Source of the DNA: Rhodosorus marinus CCMP1338
Taxonomy: Eukaryota > Plantae > Rhodophyta
Assembly (NCBI GenBank): GCA_029953675.1
Contig: JAMWBK010000011.1
Location: 62,001 to 126,000, forward strand
Direction of reading: 5' to 3'
DNA length: 64,000 nucleotides
A program made the translations under genes and the position numbers. Below are positions 1 through 11,292 of the stretch, in pieces. The first letter of the stretch is position 1. Each line of letters opens with the position of its first letter. Under the pieces are notes generated by a model. It ran no database searches. It was not told the origin of the DNA and saw only the letters and a program-made list of their open reading frames with translations.

Positions 1-2
1 GC

Positions 3-131
3 CGAAAGAGAATTAGAAGGGAGGAGCCGGGAGACCTGTCATAGCAGCGGGCGAGCAAGAAAACGCACAAGTTTAAGTGCTACAATTGTGGTCAGCGGGG
101 GCACTTCAAGAACGAATGTAAGAACGATTAA
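3..131 (+). mobile_element. Retroelement gag remnant with CCHC zinc knuckle
   Basis: Frame 3 (not in the ORF track) reads HKFK-CYNCGQRGHFKNEC-KND*, a perfect CX2CX4HX4C knuckle at 78-119, flanked by stops at 42-44 (TAG) and 129-131 (TAA). The frame continues with scattered stops to ~600. Confidence 0.65.
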
Positions 132-444
132 AACGGTCACCGAAGGAATCGAGGCCTGTACATATGACAGCTGCTTATCAAATTGCTTCTGGACGGAGAT
201 CTTGGAGCCAGTCGCCAGAGGACTGAACAAGACGCCGTAGTGTCTCCCTCGGAAGCACAAGCCCGCACGAGTACGCCCCTTGGAAGGAAGCCGAAACTGC
301 ACAGCTTGTACTTATTCGGGGCAGAAATCTCCTTCAAGAAAGAGTGAAACTCGCACTTAGGGCAATGCCGGGAGTCCTGATACACGTATGTGATTGTCCG
401 CGTGGCGAGGCTATACTTGCCAGTAGAAGACAAGTGTATCCATA

Positions 445-806
445 CGCGAAACTGGAACATACAGTAAGACAAACGCCCGGCGAAAACGCAAAAGATCCAC
501 AGGCCTGACCGCAAATGGCCTGAAGCGACGGAAGGATCCCGAACGACGCAACAGGAAGAAGAAGACACAGTAACCCCTGAATTCACTGCGAAAGTGAGAC
601 TCCCAATAGGACGTACTAGAGCCAACGACATGGACGGAATCAATCGCTGGACCATACGTGGATTCAGGGTTGCTGTGTCTTTGTCTTCCTGTTGCGTCCT
701 TTCCGACGTTTCCGTCGCTTCGGGTCATTTGCTGTCCGGCCTGTGGATCTTTTTGGCTTTCTTTTTTTCGCCCGGCGTTGTTTTTCGTGCACATTCCAGT
801 TTCACG
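445..806. repeat. Long imperfect inverted repeat (fold-back), arms ~445-582 and ~662-806, ~80 nt loop
   Basis: Left arm aaaagatccacaggcctgaccgcaaatggcctgaagcgacggaa...caacaggaagaagaagacacagtaacccctgaat matches the reverse complement of the right arm (aaaaagatccacaggccggacagcaaatgacccgaagcgacggaa...caacaggaagacaaagacacagcaaccctgaat). Confidence 0.9.
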
Positions 807-928
807 TTTCGCGAGTATCCTATAAATTGCTACGGTGGACAATTTTTCGGGGACTGCCTTCGGTTCCTATTTTTTTCCGCCAAAAACAGGCAAAAACCTT
901 CCTCGACGTGTGGTAGTACTAGTACAAA

Positions 929-3900
929 ATGATGATTGTTAAGGTGAATCCGGAGGGCATGGGACATTGGAGCGCCCCATTCAAGAGGCCAGCCCCAATA
1001 TGCCATAATGATAAAACTTCCATCGATCACCCTTGATTTTGGGGTATAAAATCTGGCCTGGCGCAATGCGGCAAGCCTCCTCTTAATTTTATTCAGCAAG
1101 TTCAAGAAAAAGTTGTCCCATTATTATATGCCTTAGTGCAGCTAGTGCGTGGGCGCTCTTTGTTCACGCGTAGTGAAGGAAAGAGGGTTTTTCTGTTGGT
1201 GGATGACAAAGCCAAAGATTTTGCTTTGAAGGTGGTCAGCAAGGAAGTTCGCGAGGGAGGTAATCGCCGATAACCCTTCCGTGTGCAGGCAAGGCACTGG
1301 TGTCGCCTTATAAGTGCTCTGCGCACTTCGATTTTGACCGTTTCTCGGGCAATTTCCTGTCTCCGGGAGAAACGGCAGGGCTCTCTGAGCATGAGAGCAG
1401 CGTGAAGGCGGCAGCGATCCATTGGCTACGGATTCAGCGCCTTGAGAGGATCTTGTTGGAGCGGTTCCGGTCGGGCCCTCGTCACCTGCGCATGGCGGTT
1501 TCCAGTTTCTTCGATCTGGAGAGGCGACTTGTGCTGACTTCGCGCTACAAGACAGAGCTGCAGCGGGTGGGTATTTTGGAGGGCTCTGCTTCCAGCACTA
1601 CTTCCAGCGAGAGTGGTGAGGAAGGGGAGCAGACTGAGGGCATGGCGGTGGAGGACGCCCAGGTTACTTTGCTGAAGCCCGCGGGATCCGTTCCGCGAGC
1701 CTCGCGGAGTGGGCGGCTCACGACTTTGGTGCGGATAGGAGGTAAGAGAGCGAGGACCGACTCCCCCGGGTCTAAGGGGGAGAAGCACGATTAGCGCTCC
1801 AGGCACGGCTGCGAGGTCGCAGCCTATGGATCTACAGTCTTATGTCCTGAAGGAGGGCGGAGACTGGGGCATTTGGCGTACGCGTTTTCGGAGTTGGCTC
1901 CGGCGGTGGATTTCTTTGGAAGGAGGCTCGCTTCCCTCCCTGGGGGCATTCCCCCAGTCGTCCTTCCTCGTGGAGACCTTCTAGTAGCTGGAACCATTCT
2001 CGATTTCATCTTCACGAGCCTGGCTCGCAACATTCGGGACACAGTCATTTGGGTTTTTCTGGGGGTCATGCCGCGCCTGATTCTGGCCCCCATTCACACA
2101 TCGGAGCGCAGATGGCGAGTACGAGACCGACTGGCCCTGTTCTTGAAGGGAGACTTCGAAGTACTACAGCGCAGCTATTTGGCGTCGTCAGCACCATCCG
2201 CCCGTCGGACTCGGCATGGCACAGTGTCGCCCGTGCCGGCTCGAGTACAGAAATTGGTAGCAGTGGGCGATTTAAGTCGAGCGGCGCGGGTTTTGGAGGG
2301 CCAGGCGCCTGTCCTCCCCTACGATGATAGTCTCGCCCAGACGGTGTCGTCTTTGTTCCCTGAGTCCGACGTGGATTTGTCCCCTGAATTCGAGGTATTC
2401 TTGGACCGTCCGGAGTTGGCCAGGTTTCGCATCGATCTGACCCTCAGTGAGTCTGACCTGGAGGATTTGCTTCGTACCTCGCGTCGGGGACGCTGTCCCG
2501 GACCCTCCGGACTAAGAACAGAGCTATTGCAGGCCCTGAGCCAGCCTGGCAAGAGCGCGCTTCTGAGGATCCTTAACAAGTTGTTCCAGGGCGTATCGGG
2601 TGCGTCTGCGCCATGGGAACATCTCCGGCAGGCACAGCTTTGCTTGCTCACGAAACCTGACCACCAGCCGGCCCACCCGCGTCTCCGGCCGATCGGGATG
2701 GTGGAGAGCCTACGGAAGTTAGCCGGGAGGTGGCTATGCCAGCGCCTTCGCCAGCGCGTCACAGCTTTTATGGCGCCCTTGCAAGTAGGGGTGGGATTCT
2801 CTGGGGGTTGTGAACTGATCACCCATGGGATCGAGCTAGAACGCGCCAGTAGGCCGGAGTGGGGAGTCTTGGTGGTTGATTTCCGGAACGCATTCAACAG
2901 CGTGTCGCGGACGCATGCGCTAGAGGTGCTCCGACGTGTGTTTCCGGAGGCGTGGCCGTTTCTATCGGGTATTTACGGAGGGGAGAGCCTCCCCTACTTG
3001 ACACCGGAGGGCACTGTTTTTCAAGCACATACTGGCGTCCAACAAGGCGACCCTTGCGGACCTCTTCTTCATGCCTGTGCCCTACAGCTCGTACTTTTAC
3101 GTCTTTCGACTGAGGTCTCGGATCTTCGAATCTGCGCGTACCACGATGACGTAACATTGCTGGGCACCCCTGACACCCTGGCTAGGGGACTGACCGCGAT
3201 CGAAGCGATTGCACGTCGCGTCGGTTTGACTGTGGAAACAGAAAAATGTCGCTTTCTCCCCCCGAGGGACGTGTCGCTGAACTCTCTGCCACCCACTCTG
3301 CGACTAATCAGCGAACGTGAAGGGTTCGAACACCACGGCGTCGGATTGGGGACTGACAACTTTGTCCAAGCATCCTGCGAGCGAGTTTTGGCACGGCACA
3401 AGCAACTCACCGACGCCATTGAGCACCTACCCGACAGCATGCTGCAATCGGCCTGCTTGCTTTCCCGCTTTTGTGCCGGTCCCAGACTCAACTACTGGTT
3501 GCGCAGCCTGCCTCCAGCTTGGGGCTCGTGGATCGCGGCTAAAGCCGACGAAATGACCCTGCAACACTGGGGAACGCTCTTGGATGAGCCCCTCGATCTT
3601 GAAGCTGCTCCCGACAGGGACTTTATCCGTGCACAGATCGCTCTACCGTTGCGATTAGGGGGATTCGGCGTCGCAGACCGTGGGCTGGTATGCTCGCCAG
3701 CGGCGGTTGCCTCCTGGGCTACCGCGCTGCGAACGTTGGTGACCTTCCAGATGCGAAGTGCCTGCCTCTTGGCTCGAGCTTTGACCAACGAGGATCCAGT
3801 GACCCTGCCGCCCCCGCTTTTGACAATTTATGATGGTCTTCAACACGCGTTCAGGAGGTGCAACGCCGTGCCGGACGCAAATCGGTCCCGCTTTCGTTCC

Positions 3901-4920
3901 TGGAGGGAGCTGTTATGGGGACGAGCTGAAGCGATTGAGGATTGTCCCCTCGACCGAGTTCTTGCCGATGACGGAGAGGTTAGCCCCGGGTCCCCTGTTG
4001 CAGACTACCCGGGTTTGAGCCGATTGTGGAGCTCCCGCACTGATGTGATTCAACATAGCCTCACCTGGGGCCAACACAGTGCCGCTCACACAGTCATGCT
4101 CAATTCTCCTCTCACGCCGCCTACCACTGCCGCTCGTCTCCGCGGCATGGGAGGCCACCTCTCGCACTTGTGGTTAACCACTCTACCGTCGTCATTGAGT
4201 CATCGTCTCGATGCTTTCCAGTTCCGTTCTGCCGCACGGATCTATCTCGGTTTGCCACAGGCTCCGTGGCACTCTAATCGGCCGTCTTTCTGTCACGGAT
4301 GTGAGAGCCGGATTGACGCTTGTGGCTACCACTTCCTGGGTTCCTGCGGACTGTAACGAGGTCTCCGTACGAGGCGTCACACTCGCCTCAAGTACATCCT
4401 CAGCGAACTTTTGACTCGGATAGGGCATACGGTTGAGGTTGAGTCGGAACTGCCCAGATCAATCTCGGACTCTGCACCGCCCCGTTGTATAGCCGATCTC
4501 CTCGTCTCTGACGCTGCTGCCAGACGCTCAACATATGTGGACCTTGCGATTACCTGCCCCGTGGCCAGCACCCACCTCACCGCAGCCGCCCGCCGCCGGG
4601 GGGCCGCGGCTTCAGCCCTTCGAAGAGTTAAGGAACGACGGTATGCTGAGAGCATGGTCAGTCTGCCTTGCGCTGAGGGTCGCTCTCACCGGTTCCAGCC
4701 ATTCATTGTGGAAAGCTTTGGTCACGTCGATAAGTCGGGTTTAGAGTGGTTGCGGAAATGTTTTGCTGAGCATCCTACTGAATATTTGGCGCTCTTGAGG
4801 CGTTTAAGTGTCTCCCTTTGGCGATATTCCAGCGACATGCTTTCCGAGAGGCGCGCCATCGGCGCCTGGGGTTGCATACTTCCCTCCGTAGTTATTAGTT
4901 CATCTTCACGCCTTGCGTAG
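929..4920 (+). mobile_element. CRE-clade (RLE) non-LTR retrotransposon, single long ORF inactivated by nonsense codons
   Basis: ORFs 1300-1794, 1873-4356 and 4411-4920 share one frame, separated only by TAG (1792) and TAA (4354). RT motifs: RLRPIGMVE, QVGVG..GGCE, VDFRNAFNSVSR, GVQQGDP.GPLL, AYHDDV, LPLRLGGFG. These are followed by the knuckle CHGC..D..GYHFLGSC, then R..RH, and the restriction-like endonuclease motifs ADL..D..VDLAI and FQPFIVESFG. The 5' limit (ATG 929, different frame) is tentative. Confidence 0.9.
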
Positions 4921-4929
4921 CGCTTCAGG

Positions 4930-5331
4930 CTATGCTAGTAAAGTCCTTAAGAGTTTTTCGTTGAAACGGAAAGACTTCTCTTCGACCTGTTTCTCTTCCA
5001 CCTTCGATGGAGCATTTCTTAGCTGGAAGTTACCGGCTACTGAAACTCGTGCTCCGGAGTCAACGATGATTCCCTTAAAAAAGGAACCCTGGTCTCTTTC
5101 GCTACTCAGCCAAACGTCTAGCAGGTAGAAATCTCGTCCGTCCATGCCATCGGCATCATTCTCGCCATCCGTCTCCGTGTACATTGAGTGCACCTCGTCC
5201 AGCCGGGATATAACCACTCTAAAAGGTCTCCAATGACAAAGATCGCGGGGATGAAACCCACTGAACTCTGTGCAAAAGGTAGTCCAGATCAGACGCGGGG
5301 ATGGAAACCCGCTATCATAACCCAAACCCAA
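4930..5331 (-). mobile_element. Ty1/copia-like gag-protease junction fragment
   Basis: FFKGIIVDSGARVSVAGNFQ (retropepsin D-S-G motif at ~5051-5061) followed by KSFRF, resembling the DTGA..S..G..Q...FRFG pattern of copia proteases. It is preceded by an acidic linker and a degenerate C..H..C motif, and is truncated at the CRE 3' end. Confidence 0.6.
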
Positions 5332-5918
5332 GCAAAGCTTGTACTTCTTCCTGTGTTCCCTATTTTTCTTTCTTTCTTCTCTTCTACTTCCCAGGTGAAC
5401 TCCAAACCCTTCAGCTCCCTAATATCCCTGATACTCTCTGTGGGGAAGGTCTGCTTCTAACATGGGCAGATCTACTTCTACCTAGTCCATGGTGATTGAT
5501 ACTAAGTCGGGTTAGTGTTTTTCTCTTGGATCTTCGCAACAAAACAATATATATCCCAGTTCATTCTTGTGATGAAAATAAAACGTATGCCCCATTGAAA
5601 AATGAAACTATTGAACTGAGGTTCATTGTAAAAATGGACAGGCTTCTTGAGGAGAAGAAGCTTTTCACGGCGCCCGCCAGACGAGCCGTTCACCTCCTAG
5701 AACAACCAAACCCACCACCACCAACCCGGATCAGCATTAGGGCAAGAATAAAGGCAAGTTTTGGGGCATCATAGTGGAAGAAAATTTCTGGACGTTAATA
5801 AATTAGAATTCTAGGAGGTAATGAGCGTTCGAATCTCCAGTGACATCGGGACATCGAGTTGAATAAAGACAAAAATTGTAAGATAATTCCCGTACAACCG
5901 GTGCGGAGAGGCACCGAT

Positions 5919-8063
5919 TCAGGGATCGGCAGGGCTTGTATGGCCAAACAGTTTCTCATTGTTGCTTATAGCCCACTCGCAAGCTTTCTCTGTTTCATGC
6001 TGACTCCCATCAAATATCGACTGAGCTGCACTTTCCATCCATCCTGTCCTGGATGTGGGAACAACCATGTCGTATCCGGCTCTCCTTATAGTCCAAATCT
6101 CCTCGAGAAACCGAAACGCAACCAAAACCGCGCCCAGCAAGCATACGGCCATGACAGTAAACAGACCAGCAACGTACTCAACTCGGATGATTGCGACCTC
6201 TACCCTCTCGTTTAGAAGGAAATCTCTTTCAGAGTCCACGAGCTGGGTCGATAGCAAGCTCATAACGGACACCATCGGATCGTGCACATAAGCCCCAAGG
6301 ACTCTACCGCGCATTGCGCCTCGGTTTGTGAACCAGTGAACGTCATCAAAACTCAAAGACATAGCATCCCGAATATTCTTGAATATCTCATCTGCGTCGG
6401 AATCTGCCCCGACCAGCTCCACTGAAACCCAGGATATCTCCGACTTCAACAAGATCGCTTTCAATCCGTCTAACGCATCGGAACCATCTGATACACTCAC
6501 AGATCTCCACGCCCCGTTCATCCGTGCCACCTTTCCTATTCCATAGACACAGTCAACAGTGCCGCTCCCGTCCTCGCCTTTTACACATGCTGTTTCAAAC
6601 TCTAGCCCCATCACAAACCCGCGCTTCAATCCAGACTTTGACGGCAACAGCTGATCAGCATATTTTTCTCTCACGGCTGCTCCACAGTCCTCCTCCCCTG
6701 ACAAGAAAGCCGCCAGAACGCCTTTCTGAACACCAAACTCCTCCGGCGTCCACCCCTCACCATCCACAAACGATTCACCAGCTACGACATCACACCGGCT
6801 CATAAAGGCCCTACCGAGTATTTTGCTTCCGCATGTCTTTCCATTGAACAGCAGCTGGACATCCACATTAAACTCATTGGGAATCAACGTCGCCGTTGAA
6901 ATGCGCTCCAGCTGACATATATTGCCAAGACGCTGCAGGCTACCTACGGAGATCGAGAATTCCGTGTCCGTGGACGAGCCTCCAAGTCGACGACCAAGGT
7001 CCGTGACGGTGAGCAGATGCTGACCCCCTTCGGCGTAGGCAATCTTGCTGTCTACTTTCACCTCCACAACTTTTGCTCCACTTTGAACTGCCCCACTAGG
7101 AGCTGAAACTGGCACGACGCTCATCGTACTGCGCAGCTGGCGGTCGTCCTTGGCGCTGACAAACCCCGTGTTTTGGAAAAGTCCATTTATGCCGAGCTTT
7201 TCAAAGATCTCACCCATAGCTGGCGAAGGAGGAACCAACAGATTGGCAGGTATGATCTTCACTCTCAAGTCGATGGTCAGGCTCCTGACGTATGTGGCTC
7301 CTTGTTCGCATAGATCATTGTCCTCGAAGTCGATGGTCCCACCAAAGTCCGTGGCAGAGAGCTGAGGCTTCATCACGCAGTAGTCAGGATCGTTAGATCC
7401 GTCCGTCCCAACGTAGAGCGGGATGTAGTCGAACTCCATGTGGTCGATCGCATCTATCTGTCCCAACGAGGTTGCCTGGAAGAGGACACTTGCAAGCCCC
7501 ATAGCTTCCCGAAGCGGCCTTTCAAGCGCATTATCTGCTGCCAGCGCGCGAATTCTGCACCCCGTATAAGACTTATTATAAAGCCGTCTTTCGCAGAAAT
7601 CGTCGCTTCTGTAGAGAGATCGGTACAGCTCCAGCTCCTTATTTAGATTAGGATTCGAGGCAAATCTCAGCACCTGATAGGAATCGGTCAATCCCTCGTT
7701 GCTTATACTCGTCCCGTATTCCAGTCCGTAATCAATTAACGCGTGCAAGGACACAATCCCTAAGGTGAACGCAAACCCGACCATAGAAAAGGCCGTGTGA
7801 AAATTGAAGTTCCGCACCTCCCGGCTCTCCAGCATACCCCGTTGATTCAAGTAGGTGAGCTTGTGCCTTCCTGTCATGAAATACTCGTAAGAGCCGATTC
7901 TTTCAAATGAAAAGATCTTGTTTCCCTTCCTCAGGTCACGTTTCAACTCTAACGTTGACAATGCCCGAGTGAGCCCGATCCATATCCCAGAAAGGATAAT
8001 CAGAAACACGTCCGTCACCACGTTGATAGTAATCGGACTTACGTTCAACGTCAAACTGGACAT
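5919..8063 (-). CDS. Unknown 3-TM, large-ectodomain membrane protein, paralogue 1 of 6 (714 aa, intronless)
   Basis: Long clean ORF. Hydrophobic segments at ~aa 12-35, 92-112 and 632-655. Shared family motifs FSFERIGSYEY, LHALIDYGL, KDDRQL, EF..AC..C.YG, RGR, EY.AGL, VPT...W. Confidence 0.9.
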   Translation of the reverse strand: MSSLTLNVSPITINVVTDVFLIILSGIWIGLTRALSTLELKRDLRKGNKIFSFERIGSYEYFMTGRHKLTYLNQRGMLESREVRNFNFHTAFSMVGFAFTLGIVSLHALIDYGLEYGTSISNEGLTDSYQVLRFASNPNLNKELELYRSLYRSDDFCERRLYNKSYTGCRIRALAADNALERPLREAMGLASVLFQATSLGQIDAIDHMEFDYIPLYVGTDGSNDPDYCVMKPQLSATDFGGTIDFEDNDLCEQGATYVRSLTIDLRVKIIPANLLVPPSPAMGEIFEKLGINGLFQNTGFVSAKDDRQLRSTMSVVPVSAPSGAVQSGAKVVEVKVDSKIAYAEGGQHLLTVTDLGRRLGGSSTDTEFSISVGSLQRLGNICQLERISTATLIPNEFNVDVQLLFNGKTCGSKILGRAFMSRCDVVAGESFVDGEGWTPEEFGVQKGVLAAFLSGEEDCGAAVREKYADQLLPSKSGLKRGFVMGLEFETACVKGEDGSGTVDCVYGIGKVARMNGAWRSVSVSDGSDALDGLKAILLKSEISWVSVELVGADSDADEIFKNIRDAMSLSFDDVHWFTNRGAMRGRVLGAYVHDPMVSVMSLLSTQLVDSERDFLLNERVEVAIIRVEYVAGLFTVMAVCLLGAVLVAFRFLEEIWTIRRAGYDMVVPTSRTGWMESAAQSIFDGSQHETEKACEWAISNNEKLFGHTSPADP

Positions 8064-8742
8064 CTCTATCTAGGAAGCCGAACGTAGGAACCTCTTCCTC
8101 GTCTGAAGAACTATTCCCTTCAAGCCACAGTTCAGCTATTCTCAGACATACTGCACACTGTAGAACGTCAGTTGACCTCACTCCACTTTCTGTATCCTTC
8201 GATACAAACTTCCACCCTACCGCACAACACTTGACACAGACCTAATGCCTCTATTGGCAATTCAAAATCCCCTTCGTCCTCCACCCCCGCCCACCTATCC
8301 CCGTCAATCAACCAAAATTTGCAAACAAGCTCATATCCATCCCACACCCCGCAAACATTCCATAACCTACTTCATATACCCCTCGAGGATCACGTATACC
8401 CAAACCCTCTCTCTCTCTTTTCTCTCCAACTGTGATACTTTTCCATAACCCCCCATCCACTTCTCCAAAGCGAACAACCTCTCTCTCCCCACCCTCCCAC
8501 CCACCTCACGCTATCTGTAGTGTCCATTTCAGCAAACCGTTGGACCTTTTTACCCATCAAAATCGACTCTTTTAGGGTTTCGGCGTCTATGAAACTGTTT
8601 TTTCTTTTCTCTTACTGTCAAAAGCAGAGCCATATCTTTGGGGTTTTTCTTTTTTTTTGCAGTCAAAAAGCGAGAATATCTGGGCACTGATCAGCAGCAC
8701 GGGCGTTTGAACCACCTAGCTTGACGATTCCACCGTAAGCCC

Positions 8743-8777
8743 AAAACCAGTCAACACGAACTGTGTTGACTGGTTTT
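8743..8777. repeat. Perfect hairpin/palindrome, 15-bp stem with 5-nt loop
   Basis: aaaaccagtcaacac-gaact-gtgttgactggtttt. Confidence 0.9.
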
Positions 8778-9004
8778 TGGAGTACGAGCATGAGCCTTTG
8801 TGCTGGGAACGACCGAGCACCGTCCACTCTTTGTCCTTGAGGAGCACGTTTTGGGAAATTCAGGCTGTAGGGTAGGTTGGACTCGACGTAAAATCTCTTC
8901 CCTCGTATTTTCCAGTGTAGGCCGACGAAAAGCGCCGCGCCCGGGGTGTATCTAATACCACCCTCAACACCCCCTCAGCATCGAACTAACTCAGGGCCAA
9001 AGAA

Positions 9005-9129
9005 CGTACTCAGATCCCCCAACCCAACCGATTAGCATATATATACTCCAAAGCAGCATATGCTGCTCCCAGATTCTCCCTAGCGTACTCAGATCCCCCA
9101 ACCCAACCCATTAGCATATACTCCAAAGC
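9005..9129. repeat. ~48-bp direct repeat (9005-9054, 9084-9129) bracketing a 14-bp palindrome
   Basis: cgtactcagatcccccaacccaaccSattagcatat(atat)actccaaagc occurs twice; gcagcatatgctgc lies at 9053-9066. Confidence 0.85.
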
Positions 9130-10098
9130 CGCTTGTTCTGCTATTAAGGCCGTCACCACCGCCTTTCGCATGGAACTGATATATGATCTGGGGTAAACTG
9201 CCGGTAAAACACCAGGTGTACGTGACGGGCGTGGAGAAATTTCTTCCCAACAGGTTCTTCCCCCTAGACATGACGGTACACAAAATAAACATAATATTAC
9301 ATTAAATTCCAGAAAACATATTAAACTACTCTATCGTTTACAGGAAACAGGGGTCATCTATTGGAGTCAAGCTATTCGCAATCAACGAAAAGCAATGTTC
9401 AATACCCCCACCACACACCTACCAAGCCACTTTCCAAATTACGGGCTTGGCTGGCGCATGGAATGAGTAAGTTTCGCCAAATACTCAATCAAAATATAAA
9501 TCAAAGATGGAAAAACGAGTAAAACAAGTGATAAAAAAAATGGCAATCAAAAATTGCACAACTGTCGCGAATTTACCGGCCAATCTAGAACCGTTTTTGT
9601 AATGGATACGCCTATTAATATATACTATATTGAATGAATTACGGTGTGCGCCTTTATAGAAATCTCACCACTTTTTGTCCGTCACCTCCCGAAAGACTCC
9701 CAAAGGTAAGACCCCCTGAACAAATCTGATCAAGTCTGATATCACGTGTACCCCGAATTCGTTGGTTTACTCTTCTTCCAGCTTCCCAAGTTCGGCCTAG
9801 AGCCGTCTAATATAGTCTTCCGCGCGATCCTAAAATGGTAGCAGAAATACTTCTGAGTACTGCAATGTATCCTTCAGCGCGATTCAAATCTAGCAACGGC
9901 TATTGCTAGTTGCCACTAACATTCACCCAACAAGGCCGACGAATGTACGACCCCGACGACTGTACAACAAAGCCTACAGTCGATCCGATCATACCCCTGG
10001 CCATCCTGGCTACCCCTGGCTATGCTGCAAAGGTTGGAAGAGGTGGGCCTCTTTGGTTGGATCTGGTCGTGTTGGTACATTGGATTGGGAAAGCCGGG

Positions 10099-11292
10099 AT
10101 GATGACCAAACGGGTGAGTATTGGCGTGGTGCTGCTAGCCTCGTTGGCAGCGACTGCAGATGCTCAAGTTAACTGCACGGATGACGCAGACTGCAAGGGA
10201 ATTTGCTACGAAGGCAAGGACTGCAAAAAAAGCAAAACTCTGGTGTTAGAAAATGCAAAGATTCTGAGATAGCGAGCTTGTGTGATCAGTGCTGCGATCC
10301 ACAGTGCGAGAAACCGATCACTTCGAACAAATGCATTGGCCCTCAATGCCAGCCTCAATGCTTCAGGCCAAGAACCGCCATTCTAGAAACTGGCATAACC
10401 TGCTACAAAGCCGGGCTTGCGATAATCTGTGTCATTTGCGAATATCCCGAGTGCTGGAACCGCTTCGTTCCGAAGAAGATCGTTCCGCAGCTGAGGGAAC
10501 AGCTCATAAATACGGACTGTTGCGATGACATTAAGGAGCTTAAGCTGATCTTCAAGTTGGACGGAACGCTGATGGAAGATACCAATGCCGCTATAGGTAT
10601 GAGGGCGTCAGCTACTGCATCAACAAGTGGTTCGACTTGTGAAGTTGAGGATCTACACCAGCTACCAATTGAAGCATAAGGAGGATATCTATTGCACAAG
10701 GAGCAGGATAGCTACTTCGGAGAACTGCCCCCAGTTCAAGCAGGACAACCACAAGTCTATATACAGTATGGCAAAAAGTTTCATATCCACTTTCATGTGC
10801 ATGACTGGAGAAAAAGCAAGCTGCAGGCCCTTCAAGCAGTTCAGGGTGCACATCCCAGACCAAGATTGCAGGCCGTGCAAAGCTGCCCCGTGGAAGCGAG
10901 GTGGTTGCAACAGGTCCGAGCGGATTCTATGAAACTCCTCCGCCCGCGTGCATTGGCAACGGCTTTTCTAGTTCGGCACTTGTGGCGCCTGCTTAGCTGC
11001 GCCTGAACAGTCGTACTTGACGCCATGGGGGATACTGCCATACGTGTATCGATGGTGTACACCGCACTGTCAGATGCGTGAGTCCTACTATTCTTCTTTC
11101 CAGTGTACTGGCATATCAGCAGTGGGCATTCTACATGGGTCCTGCCGATTGTGTTCGTGGAACTCTGTGAGCAGTACTATCGAACATGTTCATTCATCGA
11201 ATAAAAACCGATGGGTCAGATTACAGTCACCCCAGAATACTGCTTTGACATGTTCAAGGGAAATGAATCCGAAACCCTTGGCCATCGGGTGA
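10099..11292 (+). pseudogene. Cys-rich secreted protein gene broken by frameshifts
   Basis: Signal-peptide-like MMTKRVSIGVVLLASLAATADA-Q, then Cys-rich sequence. A frame change at the A7 run (10225-10231) joins it to KCKDSEIASLCDQCCDPQCEKP...CQPQCF...CYK...CVICEYPECW. Further Cys-rich segments follow in shifted frames to ~11290; the 3' extent is uncertain. Confidence 0.6.

Noticed and set aside
10114-10159. GTGAGT...CAG as an intron repairing the Cys-rich gene
   Set aside because: Splicing it removes the signal peptide and leads to a stop within ~30 codons.
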